Origin: Lama guanicoe
Taxonomy: Eukaryota
Assembly: GCA_013239625.1 (NCBI GenBank)
Contig: MU054120.1
Span: forward strand, 620,001 to 661,307
Reading direction: 5' to 3'
DNA: 41,307 nt
This document shows positions 1 to 11,015 of the stretch, in pieces; positions within the stretch are counted from its first letter, which is position 1, and each line of letters starts with the position of its first letter. Under the pieces are notes generated by a model that worked only from the letters and a program-made list of their open reading frames with translations, had not been told where the DNA came from and did no database searches. A program made the position numbers and the translations under genes.

Positions 1-91
1 AGGAGCATGCTTGGAAAGCGCCACCGCAGAGCTCTGAGGGTGAGGAGCTAGACCTGGAAGGAAGAACTGAACTTAAAAGTATGCCTTGATC

Positions 92-1000
92 AGCCATTTC
101 ACAAGTCACTGGAGTGCTTACTTTTTTCTGGGAACTATGCTAAGGACGCAAGTTATAAATAAAGATATTTCATCACTTCTCAACCAGTGACACTACGCAA
201 GGAAACTGCTCAAGTTAATAAAACTTGCTAAAGAATTTACGGAAGGTTTAGAAGCATATATATTTTGGGGGTCAGGGGTGGGGGGATAAAGCAGTTTTTG
301 TTGTTTTCATTTTGACAGCACCAGATTTTTTTTTTTTTTGGTGCAGGTAATTAGCTATGAAAGGTTTGAATAAAGCACAACCTGTCTGATACATGGATAA
401 GACGCCGTATCATAAAATAACTACAAAGAAATAAAAATGTCTGCTAGAAATACATAAAAGTGCTTTGGGAAGAGAGAGTGGGGGTACTCACCACGCCTCA
501 ACACAGAGAAGGTGGGAGAGTTCCACGCAGGTGGAGACCTGTACGTTGAGTCTCATTCAGCGAATTTTCTAGGTTTAGAAAGTGTGGGGGGCAGCCCACG
601 CAGGCAACTGTGAAAATCGTGAAGTCAGAAAAACAGCCTGAATCCATATTTTGGAGGCTATTGCATGGAGTTATTTGTACTTATCTGTGCAAGAAATTCT
701 GGGAGGGGAGGGTGGAGACAGGGAGATGCATTAAACAAAGAAGCAAATGAAGTAAAGGAGTTTACTCTGAATGTGTTAGCCTCTGCAGCAGTGTGAAGGA
801 GTGGTTTTTGAGGGGAAACTGAGCGAAGAACACACATTAATAGGTTATTGAAATTATTTAGACTAGAGCTGAGGGTGTGGGCACGGAGAGGAGTGCAAGG
901 ATTTGGGAACGACGTGGGATAGAGAGTGAGGACGTTTTGAGTGAGGGAAAGATCCAAGGAGGACACCATGTTCCTTAATACAAACAACTGTGCAGGAAGA
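92..1000 (-). mobile_element. Highly decayed L2 LINE fragments
   Basis: Patches resemble the reverse complement of the L2 3' region (e.g. CACTGGAGTGCTTACTTTTTTCTGGGAACTATGCTAAGG, AAGTGCTTTGGGAAGAGAGAG); purine-rich; boundaries approximate. Confidence 0.4.
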
Positions 1001-1949
1001 AGGTGGTGAGGTTGACCCAGGTAAGACAGTCCAAAGGACAAATAAATTCTTCAAGGCCACAGTACCATATGCCAAATCAAACCTCATGTATAAAATAAAA
1101 TAATGCTAACATAAGATATGCTACATTTTTTGGGCTCCACACTTATGCAATTGATTAACATAACGTTAAGGCCATACGCCTGACTTGCTGACGACTCACG
1201 CTTCTGTTTTTCAGTTTTCAGAGAAGCTAAGCTGCAGAGGAAGTGAGCTATCCTCCAGCTCTGTGTCCACACCACGTAAATCAAAAACTAGACAGTGTAA
1301 GGGCAGTTCTGGAAAATATGGGCATAAAGGAACTCCTCCTCCTTCCTTCTTCCCGCTCCACCTTTTCTGCCTAAGGCATGAAGACTGATCAGAAGTTCAC
1401 AAAAGCAACTGCCGAGGTCCAGTCCACCGCGGCGGGAGGGTGACTGCTGGGCTCCTCCAGCAAACGCAAAAAGGCAGCATTTCAATGAACTGACACATCA
1501 GATCTCCTCAGGTGTTCTTTAAAAGTAACACATTAATCAGGGGCTAAATAGGGTATTGTCACCCTGACAAAATTTTAGAGGACTGCATCAGAGAAATCTC
1601 CTGAAATTACTCCTCTTGCATACAAACCAGGGCCTGACATTTCCCCAAAAGGACAACGTGGCTCAGAAGTTGCTGCTGTTTCCTTTTCAGTCTTTCTGAA
1701 GAACACTCTCCTGATTAGTGGTCTGACCCTATAGAATATGTTGAGTCTCAGCCAATGTGTTTTCCAGGGTTAGAAAGGAGGAGCAGCCCCCTGTATGAGC
1801 CTCCCTTGAACTAGGTCTGTTAGGTAATATTTGAAGATCCTCTTCCCCAAGCCGTGACTTTTATGTTGGTGCATTTTTTAGAGCATGCTTTTAAACACAT
1901 TCCTTTCTTCTATTTCTAGTCCTCCTTGTCTCCTGCCTAATTTAGAGTT

Positions 1950-2445
1950 TGCTACATGGTTACCCTGAGTCCAGTTCTTTTCCTCCCTCATTCTTTCCTT
2001 CACAACCCGCCCAGATCTGATTTTGTGTGTGTCACTTGACCGTCCAAAACCCCTAGACGACGCTCCTTTTCTCTAGCATACATTCTCACATCTTTGCTTG
2101 GCCTCGAGATTCTCCAAAACCTATGACTCGGCTGATTCGCAAGCTTTGCCATCCATTGCTGACCGCACATGTCCTCTCCTCCAGTGGTGGAACACTTGGT
2201 GTCTTCCCACGCCTACATTTGGAATTCTTACCTCTTTTAAAATTCAGTTCCGTTGTTATCTTTTTGATGCATCCATTCCCATTATACTTCTGAAATAACC
2301 TCTGCCTTTAAATAGTATTTCTAAAGTATATATTTATTCCCGTCTTATTTTTGCAGAAGAAGCGTATTTCTTGTTTGAACCCTTTTTAGTAGCCCATATC
2401 GCCATGTGGAAGTAAGCACGTTGAAGATGGACTTAATTAATGTAT
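1950..2445 (+). mobile_element. Decayed L2 LINE 3' region
   Basis: Pyrimidine-rich with L2-like motifs (CAGATCTGATTTTGTG...CAAAACCCCT; TCTTACCTCTTTTAAAATTCAGTTC) ending in an AATTAATG-type tail. Confidence 0.45.
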
Positions 2446-2918
2446 TTTTTTAGAGGCAGAAGGGGTAGTTATTCAGGGGGAAAGAAGGGCTTAACAGATT
2501 AGGTGAAGTCTGTCTTTGACCTGTAAGGCAAAGGAGAAGTTTAAGAAGAGCTCCTTGTGAACTTGGAGTGTGCACAGCAATCTGATAGTCATTTTTGTTA
2601 AGTATCTCCATTTCTGCGTCATCTCTCTCCTTATTTCTGTCCTTCAGTTTTCTTCTCTATCTTTCCCCTAGAGTTGGAACCTCCTCTGACCCAAACACAT
2701 CTGGTTGCATTTTTTTGCTGAGCTAGAGATAAATTGAACTTTTTCATAAATTGCTATTATAAAGAAAAAATATGAATCAAACAACAAATGGGAGCCAATC
2801 AACATATATCTGCCAACAGTGCCAGAGCTTCACGACCTGATATAATTATTTTTAGCCGGAGTTGCCTAAGCTTGCAAGAATCATCCCAAGATACTCGTCA
2901 GAAATGAAGATTCCCAAA

Positions 2919-3993
2919 GCAAACCAGAAATAAAACAAGAAGAAAACCTACGGAATGGGAGAAAATTTTTGCAAGTGAAACCGACAAAGGCTTGATCTCC
3001 AAAATATATAAGCAGCTCATACGACTCAATAAGAAAAAAATAAACAACCCAATCCAAAAATGGGCAGAAGACCTAAACAAGCAATTCTCCAAGGAAGACA
3101 TACAAATGATCAAAAAGCACATGAAAAAATGTTCAATATCACTAATTATCAGAGAAATGCAAATCAAAACTACAATGAGGTATCACCTCACACCAGTCAG
3201 AATGGCCGTCATTCAAAAATCCAAAAATGACAAATGCTGGAGAGGCTGTGGAGAAAGGGGAACCCTCCTACACTGCTGGTGGGAATGCAGTTTGGTGCAG
3301 CCACTATGGAAAACAGTGTGGAGATTCCTCAAAAGACTAGGAATAGACTTACCATATGACCCAGGAATCCCACTCCTGGGCTTGTATCCAGAAGGAAATC
3401 TACTTCAGGATGACACCTGCACCCCAATGTTCATAGCAGCACTATTTACAATAGCCAAAACATGGAAACAGCCTAAATGTCCATCAACAGGTGACTGGAT
3501 AAAGAAGAGGTGGTATATTTATACAATGGAATACTACTCAGCCATAAAAACCGACAACATAATGCCATTTGCAGCAACATGGATGCTCCTAGAGAATGTC
3601 ATTCTAAGTGAAGTAAGCCAGAAAGAGAAAGAAAAATACCATATGAGATCGCTCATATGTGGAATCTAAAAAACAAAAACAAACAAACAAAAACAAAGCA
3701 TAAATACAGGACAGAAATAGACTCATGGACAGAGAATACAGACTTGTGGTTGCCAGGGGGGTAGAGGGTGGGAAGGGATAGACTGGGATTTCAAAATTGT
3801 AGAATAGATAAACAAGATTACACTGTATAGCACAGGGAAATATACACAAAATGTTATGATAAATCACAGAGAAAAAATGTGACAATGAGTGTGTATATGT
3901 CCATGAATGACTGAAAAATTGTGCTGAACACTGGAATTTGACACAACATTGTAAAATGATTATAAATCAATAAAAAATGTTAAAAAAAAAAGA
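2919..3993 (+). mobile_element. Young 5'-truncated LINE-1 (ORF2 C-terminus, 3'UTR, poly-A) with 19-bp TSD
   Basis: Perfect direct repeat AGAAATGAAGATTCCCAAA at 2900-2918 and 3994-4012; uninterrupted ORF2 frame; G-rich 3'UTR tract; AATAAA then A-tail. Confidence 0.97.
2920..3669 (+). pseudogene. L1 ORF2p C-terminal fragment (5'-truncated)
   Basis: Translation has hallmark L1 motifs [26 protein letters not shown], the Cys-rich [18 protein letters not shown] and [13 protein letters not shown]; open from the insertion junction to TAA at 3667-3669. Confidence 0.93.
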
Positions 3994-4185
3994 AGAAATG
4001 AAGATTCCCAAATCCCACCTCAGGCCTTATGAATAAGGTCCTTGACAGAACAGGAAGGCCAGGAAGAAAGATCAGGGTTGTGTAGAAAGAAATATATTTT
4101 CATTATTCACAAATATTATTGTTACTTTAGAATATCGTAAGAGAATTTTTAGATCAGTAGTTAGCATTTAACAAGAGAGATTAGC

Positions 4186-4494
4186 AAGATTTATTGATAC
4201 AAGCTCTAATACAGAGATCCGTTTCATTTTTCTTAAACAAACAGATACTGAAATTCTTAAGTAGATGACACTTACATTAGCATCAAAAAAAAAAAAGAAA
4301 GGGCCTGGAATTTACCTTCCCCTTTGGGGGAAAACTGAAGAAGATTTATTGATACAAGCTCTAATACAGAGATCCGTTTCATTTTTCTTAAACAAACAGA
4401 TACTGAAATTCTTAAGTAGATGACACTTACATTAGCATCAAAAAAAAAAATGAAGTGCCCAGCAATCTACTTCCTCTTTGTGGAGAATACTGAG
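4186..4494. repeat. 155-bp tandem duplication (first 110 bp identical)
   Basis: 4186-4295 equals 4341-4450; 4297-4340 is a degraded version of 4451-4494. Confidence 0.92.
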
Positions 4495-4500
4495 CACCAT

Positions 4501-4910
4501 TGCATCAGCCAGCTCCGGCTGCCTTCACAAAATACCACAGATTGGGCGGCTTAAGCCACAGAAATGTATTCCTTACAGTTCTGGGTGGGGGGAGGCCCAA
4601 GATCAAGGTCCCAGCAGCCTCAGAGTTCATCCTGAGGTCTCACAAGGCAGGGTTCACTTTTCTTGTGGCACAGTGGCTGCTGCCATGCTGTGTGCTCCCA
4701 TGGCCTTTTCCTTTTATGCTTTCAGAGAGGAAGATACAGCTCTCTTTTCCTCTTTATGGGAAGTCCCCAGTGCTACTGGATTAGGGCCCCACTGTTAGGA
4801 CTTCATTTAAAGTAATTACCTCTTAAAGGCTTTATCTCCAAATGGAGTCACATTGAGGGTTCAGGGTTTTAACATACGATATTTAAGGGGACACAATTCA
4901 ACCCATAGCA
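4501..4910 (-). mobile_element. MaLR solo LTR (MLT1A/B/C-like)
   Basis: TG...CA ends; AAATACCACAGATTGGGCGGCTTAA...ACAGTTCTGG...CCAAGATCAAGGT and GGGGACACAATTCAACCCATAGCA match MLT1; 5-bp TSD ACCAT (4496-4500) / ACTAT (4911-4915). Confidence 0.88.
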
Positions 4911-7900
4911 ACTATTAAAACAGATCTACGTAGAAATGAGACGAATGCCCTATTGGAAGACAATGTAAAGTGTAAATTCTCTCCAGATTGGCCAGCAGAT
5001 CACCTGCAATCCAAACCAAAATCCCAGGGGAGTTTTTTATGTGCCTCCATGTAGACTTAAAAACTGGTCCTGTAATTTTATAGGTTACAGAATTATGTTT
5101 CTTATAGTGTCTATTTATATTATATAATTCTATAATTTATTTGAAAACAGAAAGGGCCAAGAACTGACATTACTGATAAAGAACAACAAGATGGTTATTT
5201 TTCTTTAGTTTTCAAGCATGTGTAAAGCTATGTTCTTTGAGCAGTATGATAATATACAGGGATAGCCAAATAGATCAGTGGAGCAGAATTTGTAGCCCAG
5301 AAACAGATTCAATAATAGAGATGCTTTTTATAAAACTGAAGTGATTATATTCATTAAGAGAGAAAAAAGACCTTTTCATTAAATGGTGTTGGAACAACTG
5401 GGCAGCCATAAGGGGAAAAAATCAGAAAGAAAAAGAATCTGACCTCAAAAAATACACCAAAATACATCCCAATGGGATTAAAGATCTAAGTGAGAAAATG
5501 AAATTTCTACAAAAAATTAAGAAGATAAAATAAGAATATATCTTCATCATCTTTGTAAGGGAAGGATTTCTTAAAACACAGAAAGCACTTATTTAAAAGG
5601 AAAAGGCTGTAAGTCAGATATGTTAAATTTAACTATATGTATAATTGAACTATATAATTGAATTGTATGTGTAATTTAAATATGTTTAACTGAAGAATTT
5701 TTATTCCTCAGAAGTCAAAGAGAAGGACAAATTACCAGGTGGGATATTTTTTCAAAACCCATGATTAACAAAGGACTAGTATTCAGAATATATACTAAAT
5801 TCCTTTAAGTTGGTAATAAAAAGACCAACAACTTAAAGTAAAAGTGGGCGAAATATTTGAATCAGAAAACAGGGAATCCAAAAGTTTAAAAGACATAAGG
5901 AAAGGTGATTAATTTCACTGATAATCAAAGAACTGTTTTTTGTTTTTGTTTTTTTAACTCTAATACCATATCATTTCGTATCTACTGGATTGGCAAAAAT
6001 CAAAAAAGCAGGTAACAGTCAGTATTGGTGAGCACATGGAACAATAGGAGCTATCATGCACGTGGGGAGGGGGTCTAAACTGGTAAACTTCTAGTAAAGG
6101 AATGCATTTTCTCTGACTCTGAGTTTCTACACCAAATACAATCCCGAGAGACTAATGCACGTGGCCACTAAGAGACATGTACAAGGACGTTCACAGCAAC
6201 TTCAAGTCGGGAAGAAAAAAAACTGGAGACAACTTAAACTTTTATCAAGAGTAAAAAGGATAAACCAATCATGGCAAACCTAAAGAGAAAATTAGAAGGA
6301 TTGCCACAAGGGTCCAGGAGTCGGGGTGAGAGAGAGAAAGGATAGAGAGGACACACAGAAGAGGATGGCTTCTAAGGTCTGACAATGCTCTGTCTCGTAG
6401 CTTGAGTCGTGGCTACACAGTGTCTGCTTTATGAGTATGACTTAACTTCACACGTGTGTCATGTGTGTCACACATATGGTTTACACACTTTCCTGAATAC
6501 ATATATTTCACAATTGAAAAAAATATTGTTTATTCACTTACAGAGCCAAGAACTGTCTTAATTCTGTGATGAGCATGTTCATTAAGCTTAATAATCAAAG
6601 ATTTTCATCTGACTTTGAAGTTTATTCTTCTTTCCCCAGTTCAGTGCCCCTTCAGTAGGACTCTCCAACCACCTCAGTATGGAAAAGAGGGATCTACCGA
6701 CCTTCTGCTCGGCTTCCCAGTCCTGTCCATCTCCTGCTCTCTCCCACCAGCTGCCTGCCCCTTGTTCTTTATTCCTCCAGAGTTGGGAACAACAGAAGAA
6801 AAAGTGGGGAGGGTAAAGGAGGGTCTTATTGATCAGGTACTGTCACCAACAGGCTTTCGTGTTATTTGGACTTGGGAAAATGCTGAAGGTTGACTTCCTC
6901 CTGAGATTAGTCCCCGTGAGATCCTCCAGTGGGAACATTTGACTGCAGGTGCCTCAACGAGGCAGTGCCTGTCCTCTGCCTGGACATTTAAAAACACATT
7001 CAAATAAAAGATGATGAAAATAAACGAAATCTTCAGCTTCTGCCTCCACGGGTACAAGTGCAGCCTCTTTGTGGTCGTGGCCACAGCAAGAAGCCATCCT
7101 GATGAAGGTTCCCTATGAAGTGATCCAGGCTGGGTCTTACTCACCCCTGGGAGGCTCACACCTGAACCACAGAGAAGAAAATCCCCTCCTCCATGGCTGC
7201 CAGTGCAGCAAGTTTTAGACTTCTCCGGACTGTGTCAAACTCCAGTGCACGTGCCTCTGGGACCAAATTCAAGTTCTTAATTGAAATCCAGCCCCACGGA
7301 GGGTGAGGGTAGAGAAGAGAAATATTATAGCACTTGTTAACTCTCTTCAAAAAGCAGTTCTGTCCTGGTCCCCTCATGCTTAATACTTTTGACCCTATTA
7401 GATGGGTGTTTTGCTAAAACTCTATTGTTGTCATCATTGTCATTGTTTATTTTATCTTTCAGAAAGCAAGAGTTCTTTCAGCCTTATGACCCCCCCCCCC
7501 GTCTATTGAGACCTTAGCAGAAAATGAGTTCCTTCTATCAACTTGCCACGACACTTTCCATCGATCTACACCACACCCCAGCATAAGGGTTCTTCGCTTC
7601 CTAAACATTTCCAGCGTTGATTTTTCTTAATTTTCCTTTCTGCTGGCCCTTAACAGACCAGAATAACAGAAAACTAAGACGGTCACCATTCATCCTTCTG
7701 TGTTCTTTCCTTCATAAGTTGATCTACGTCTCTCATCTACTATGTTCCCTCTTCCAGCCTCTTTGTCTTTATGGGACTACACTTTTATGATCCATTTACT
7801 GCATGTGGGAAGATTTCAGAAGAGAGAAATAGTAGCTTCGTAAATAATGTAAACAGAATACCAGGAACTGGTTCTTACCCTGCTTCATGGTGCCTGGTAA

Positions 7901-8924
7901 ATGTTTTGTTCAAGGCTATTTCATAAATGAATTAAATAATAAACGAAATAAAAACCTTCTCCCAACAGTTACAGAAAAAAACAGGCGTCTTGTATTATAT
8001 ATTGTGTACTATTGAAATAGTATGCTCTGCCAAATATTTATGTGACAGCGAAGTAATAATCTAAACAATGGAAGAAAAACTCGATACTTTTTCTTGCTTA
8101 GGTTTTATGATTGCCAGTGAACGTGTTTGTGTGTGTATTTGATGAGCTCCTAGTATTATCAGAAATTTCCAATTATTGTGAAGCTGCAGCCAATATATCT
8201 TATTGAAGCAATTTCTCTCAGCATGAAACTCTGTCTTAGGAAAGAACTTAAACATCTTATGGCTTGCTTTGCTTCTGTTTGACTTTATTCTTTTATCCTG
8301 ACAATTGTGTAAATCTCTTGTATAACCATTATATGCATAAAAGTATAATAACTGCCCATTTAGTTTATCAATTATGCATTAAATTACTACCCAGAATGAG
8401 CATGGTGGAAAAGAGAGAAAAAATCAAATAGCCTTGGTTCTTTATTTCTTACCTTGAAAAGAACAAAAATGTGTCACAAGAGATGAAAACACAATTTTTG
8501 CTTGAAAACAACCAACTGTACATTTGGATAAGCTCATGACATATTTCAGCACATAAAATGGTTGTTTTGAGTGTAGGGGAGTTTTTCAGGTATGAAATTG
8601 AATGTAAATCTGAAATAATTTACAAAGTACAAAATATACAAGACTATATAAGGATTTGTATAGACTATATACAAATAAATCATTTTTCCATGAGGAACCT
8701 CTCTCCATCCTCCTTCTTTTTTTAACTTAACCTTTATTTTTTTACTTAACAAATAAGTGAAGTTTTCATGTATTTCCTGGATATTTATCAAAGTGCTGTT
8801 GGAATACTTTCATATTAGATACAGCTTGGCAACAATACAAAATAGTGACTTATTAATGACCTTCAATATATAAAGGATTAAAACCCATTAGTTTGTAATT
8901 GCCTGGGTAACGAAGAACAAATAA

Positions 8925-9088
8925 AGTAGACTGTAAATGTTCTCACCACAAAAAAGAGATGGTAATTACTTGAGTTGATGGTGGTATAGGTAACACTATA
9001 TAAATTGCAATATATAAGTGTATGAAATTGACAAGTCTTACACCTTACACTTACACCAAATGTCAGTTATATCTCAAAAAAGCTGAGA
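8925..9088 (+). mobile_element. L1 3' end fragment (L1MA9-like)
   Basis: GTAGACTGTAAATGTTCTCACCACAAAAAAGAGATGGTAATTA...TACACCTTACACTTACAC...TGTCAGTTATATCTCAAAAAAGCTG is the typical L1MA-type terminus. Confidence 0.8.
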
Positions 9089-9589
9089 ACAGCTTTTCAA
9101 AGAACAAATAGAATAAAAAAGCGTATGAAAACCACATGCAGTAAAAATGTGATTGACTCTATTTCACAGAAGATAATTTTTGTTATGGTAATCTCATTAC
9201 TCTTGCCAGAAATTGCTTCAGGCATGGATATGTTGCCGAATTTTTTCTAATGAGACAGGAAACCTTGAAGGGTTCTGGAAAAATGGATCTCTTTCTTAAG
9301 GGAGATGGGTAAGAAAAGATAATCTCCCATCTTTACCTTGTCTGGTAAGTGAAAAGAAGGCATCTTGCAACCAGCCTAATGTGGAGGATACCACCACGGG
9401 TTACCAAGGAGAGAAAGAAGAGGGAAGGAGAATCCGAGTCTTTGATACGATCCTTACATAGCCAAGTCAGCCAACACTGGAGACCACCCTGCGTCTTAAC
9501 TGTAATGTGAGATGATGATTTTTCCATGAGGGTCTGCTATTTCTTATAGCCAAAAGCATACTAGCCATTATATCAAGGGAGATGAGAAA

Positions 9590-9785
9590 GCATTAAGCAA
9601 TCCAGAGAAGAAAAGCCAATGGCAACACCAAAGCTGTTTTCAAAAAGGATGGGTATAGAGAATGATGTTTTTGTCTGTGGAAGTCACAAGGAGATGAATT
9701 TCAGCTTAATATAAAACTTGCTGTCAGAGCTGTCTGAAAAGGTGTATCTGCCCTAGGAAGTAGTAGATTTCCTCTCAACCATTTC
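9590..9785 (+). mobile_element. L3/CR1 LINE 3' fragment
   Basis: AGAGAAGAAAAG...AGCTGTTTTCAAA...GAATTTCAGCTTAATATAAAA...TCAGAGCTGTC...CTGCCCTAGGAAGTAGT follows the L3 3' consensus order. Confidence 0.6.
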
Positions 9786-10040
9786 TTCGTTTTGCTGTAA
9801 ACTAGAGAATTTAGACTCTACACCTCATGCTATTTGTTTCTGTGAAAACTGGAAGAAAGAAAGACTTCTCAAGATGATGCAAAGTCTAGTATTAAAGCTT
9901 AACTCTAAAACAATCTTTTCATTTTAGGGGAGCTGTCCTTATATTTTCAGTCCTTTAAGCATTAGTTGAAACTTTGCTGAGTTTCCAGGTTGTGTTAGTA
10001 ATTGTGAGAATAAAATATTGTATGATTAGCATTCTAAAGG

Positions 10041-11015
10041 ACTCAATAAGAAAAAAATAAACAACCCAATCCAAAAATGGGCAGAAGACCTAAACAAGCA
10101 ATTCTCCAAGGAAGACATACAAATGATCAAAAAGCACATGAAAAAATGCTCAATATCACTAATTATCAGAGAAGAGAAAATCAAAACTACAATGAGGTAT
10201 CACCTCACACCAGTCAGAATGGCCGTCATTCAAAAATCCACAAATGACAAATGCTGGAGAGGCTGTGGAGAAAGGGGAACCCTCCTACACTGCTGGTGGG
10301 AATGCAGTTTGGTGCAGCCACTGTGGAAAACAGTGTGGAGATTCCTCAAAAGACTAGGAATAGACTTCCCATATGACCCAGGAATCCCACTCCTGGGCTT
10401 GTATCCAGAAGGAAATCTACTTCAGGATGACACCTGCACCCCAATGTTCATAGCAGCACTATTTACAATAGCCAAAACATGGAAACAGCCTAAATGTCCA
10501 TCAACAGGTGACTGGATAAAGAAGATGTGGTATATTTATACAATGGAATACTACTCAGCCATAAAAACCGACAACATAATGCCATTTGCAGCAACATGGA
10601 TGCTCCTAGAGAATGTCATTCTAAGTGAAGTAAGCCAGAAAGAGAAAGAAAAATACCATATGAGATCGCTCATATGTGGAATCTAAAAAACAAAAACAAA
10701 CAAACAAACAAAAACAAAGCATAAATACAGGACAGAAATAGACTCATGGACAGAGAATACAGACTTGTGGTTACCAGGGGGGTAGAGGGTGGGAAGGGAT
10801 AGACTGGGATTTCAAAATTGTAGAATAGATAAACAAGATTACACTGTATAGCACAGGGAAATATACACAAAATGTTATGATAAATCACAGAGAAAAAAAT
10901 GTGACAATGAGTGTGTATATGTCCATGAATGACTGAAAAATTGTGCTGAACACTGGAATTTGACACAACATTGTAAAATGATTATAAATCAATAAAAAAT
11001 GTTAAAAAAAATAAA
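10041..11015 (+). mobile_element. Young 5'-truncated LINE-1, near-identical to 2919-3993
   Basis: Aligns to 3024-3990 with about 9 substitutions and 2 small indels by manual comparison; A-rich tail; probable short TSD TAAAGG at 10035-10040 and 11016-11021. Confidence 0.97.
10042..10686 (+). pseudogene. L1 ORF2p C-terminal fragment (5'-truncated)
   Basis: Open frame with [18 protein letters not shown] and [13 protein letters not shown]; no endonuclease or RT domain and no promoter. Confidence 0.93.

Larger units (their letters stand above)
4090..6522 (+). mobile_element. Ancient L1 (L1M/L1ME-like) ORF2 3' half and 3' end, interrupted by a MaLR LTR
   Basis: A-rich with degenerate L1 landmarks: TGCAATCCAAACCAAAATCCCAG, AAATAGATCAGTGGAGCAGAAT...AGCCCAGAAACAGA, TAAATGGTGTTGGAACAACTGG, AAAGGACTAGTATTCAGAATATAT, ACATGTACAAGGACGTTCACAGCA; many stops and indels. 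Confidence 0.8.

Noticed and set aside
267..285. G-quadruplex (also C-tracts near 30290 and 40044)
   Set aside because: Only three usable G3+ tracts each.
2898..3885. Minus-strand ORFs over the young L1 (also 10670-10966)
   Set aside because: Routine antisense L1 frames.
4186..4450. CRISPR-like repeat-spacer-repeat
   Set aside because: Mammalian DNA, 110-bp repeat, two copies only, and the spacer is itself a degraded copy of the downstream flank.
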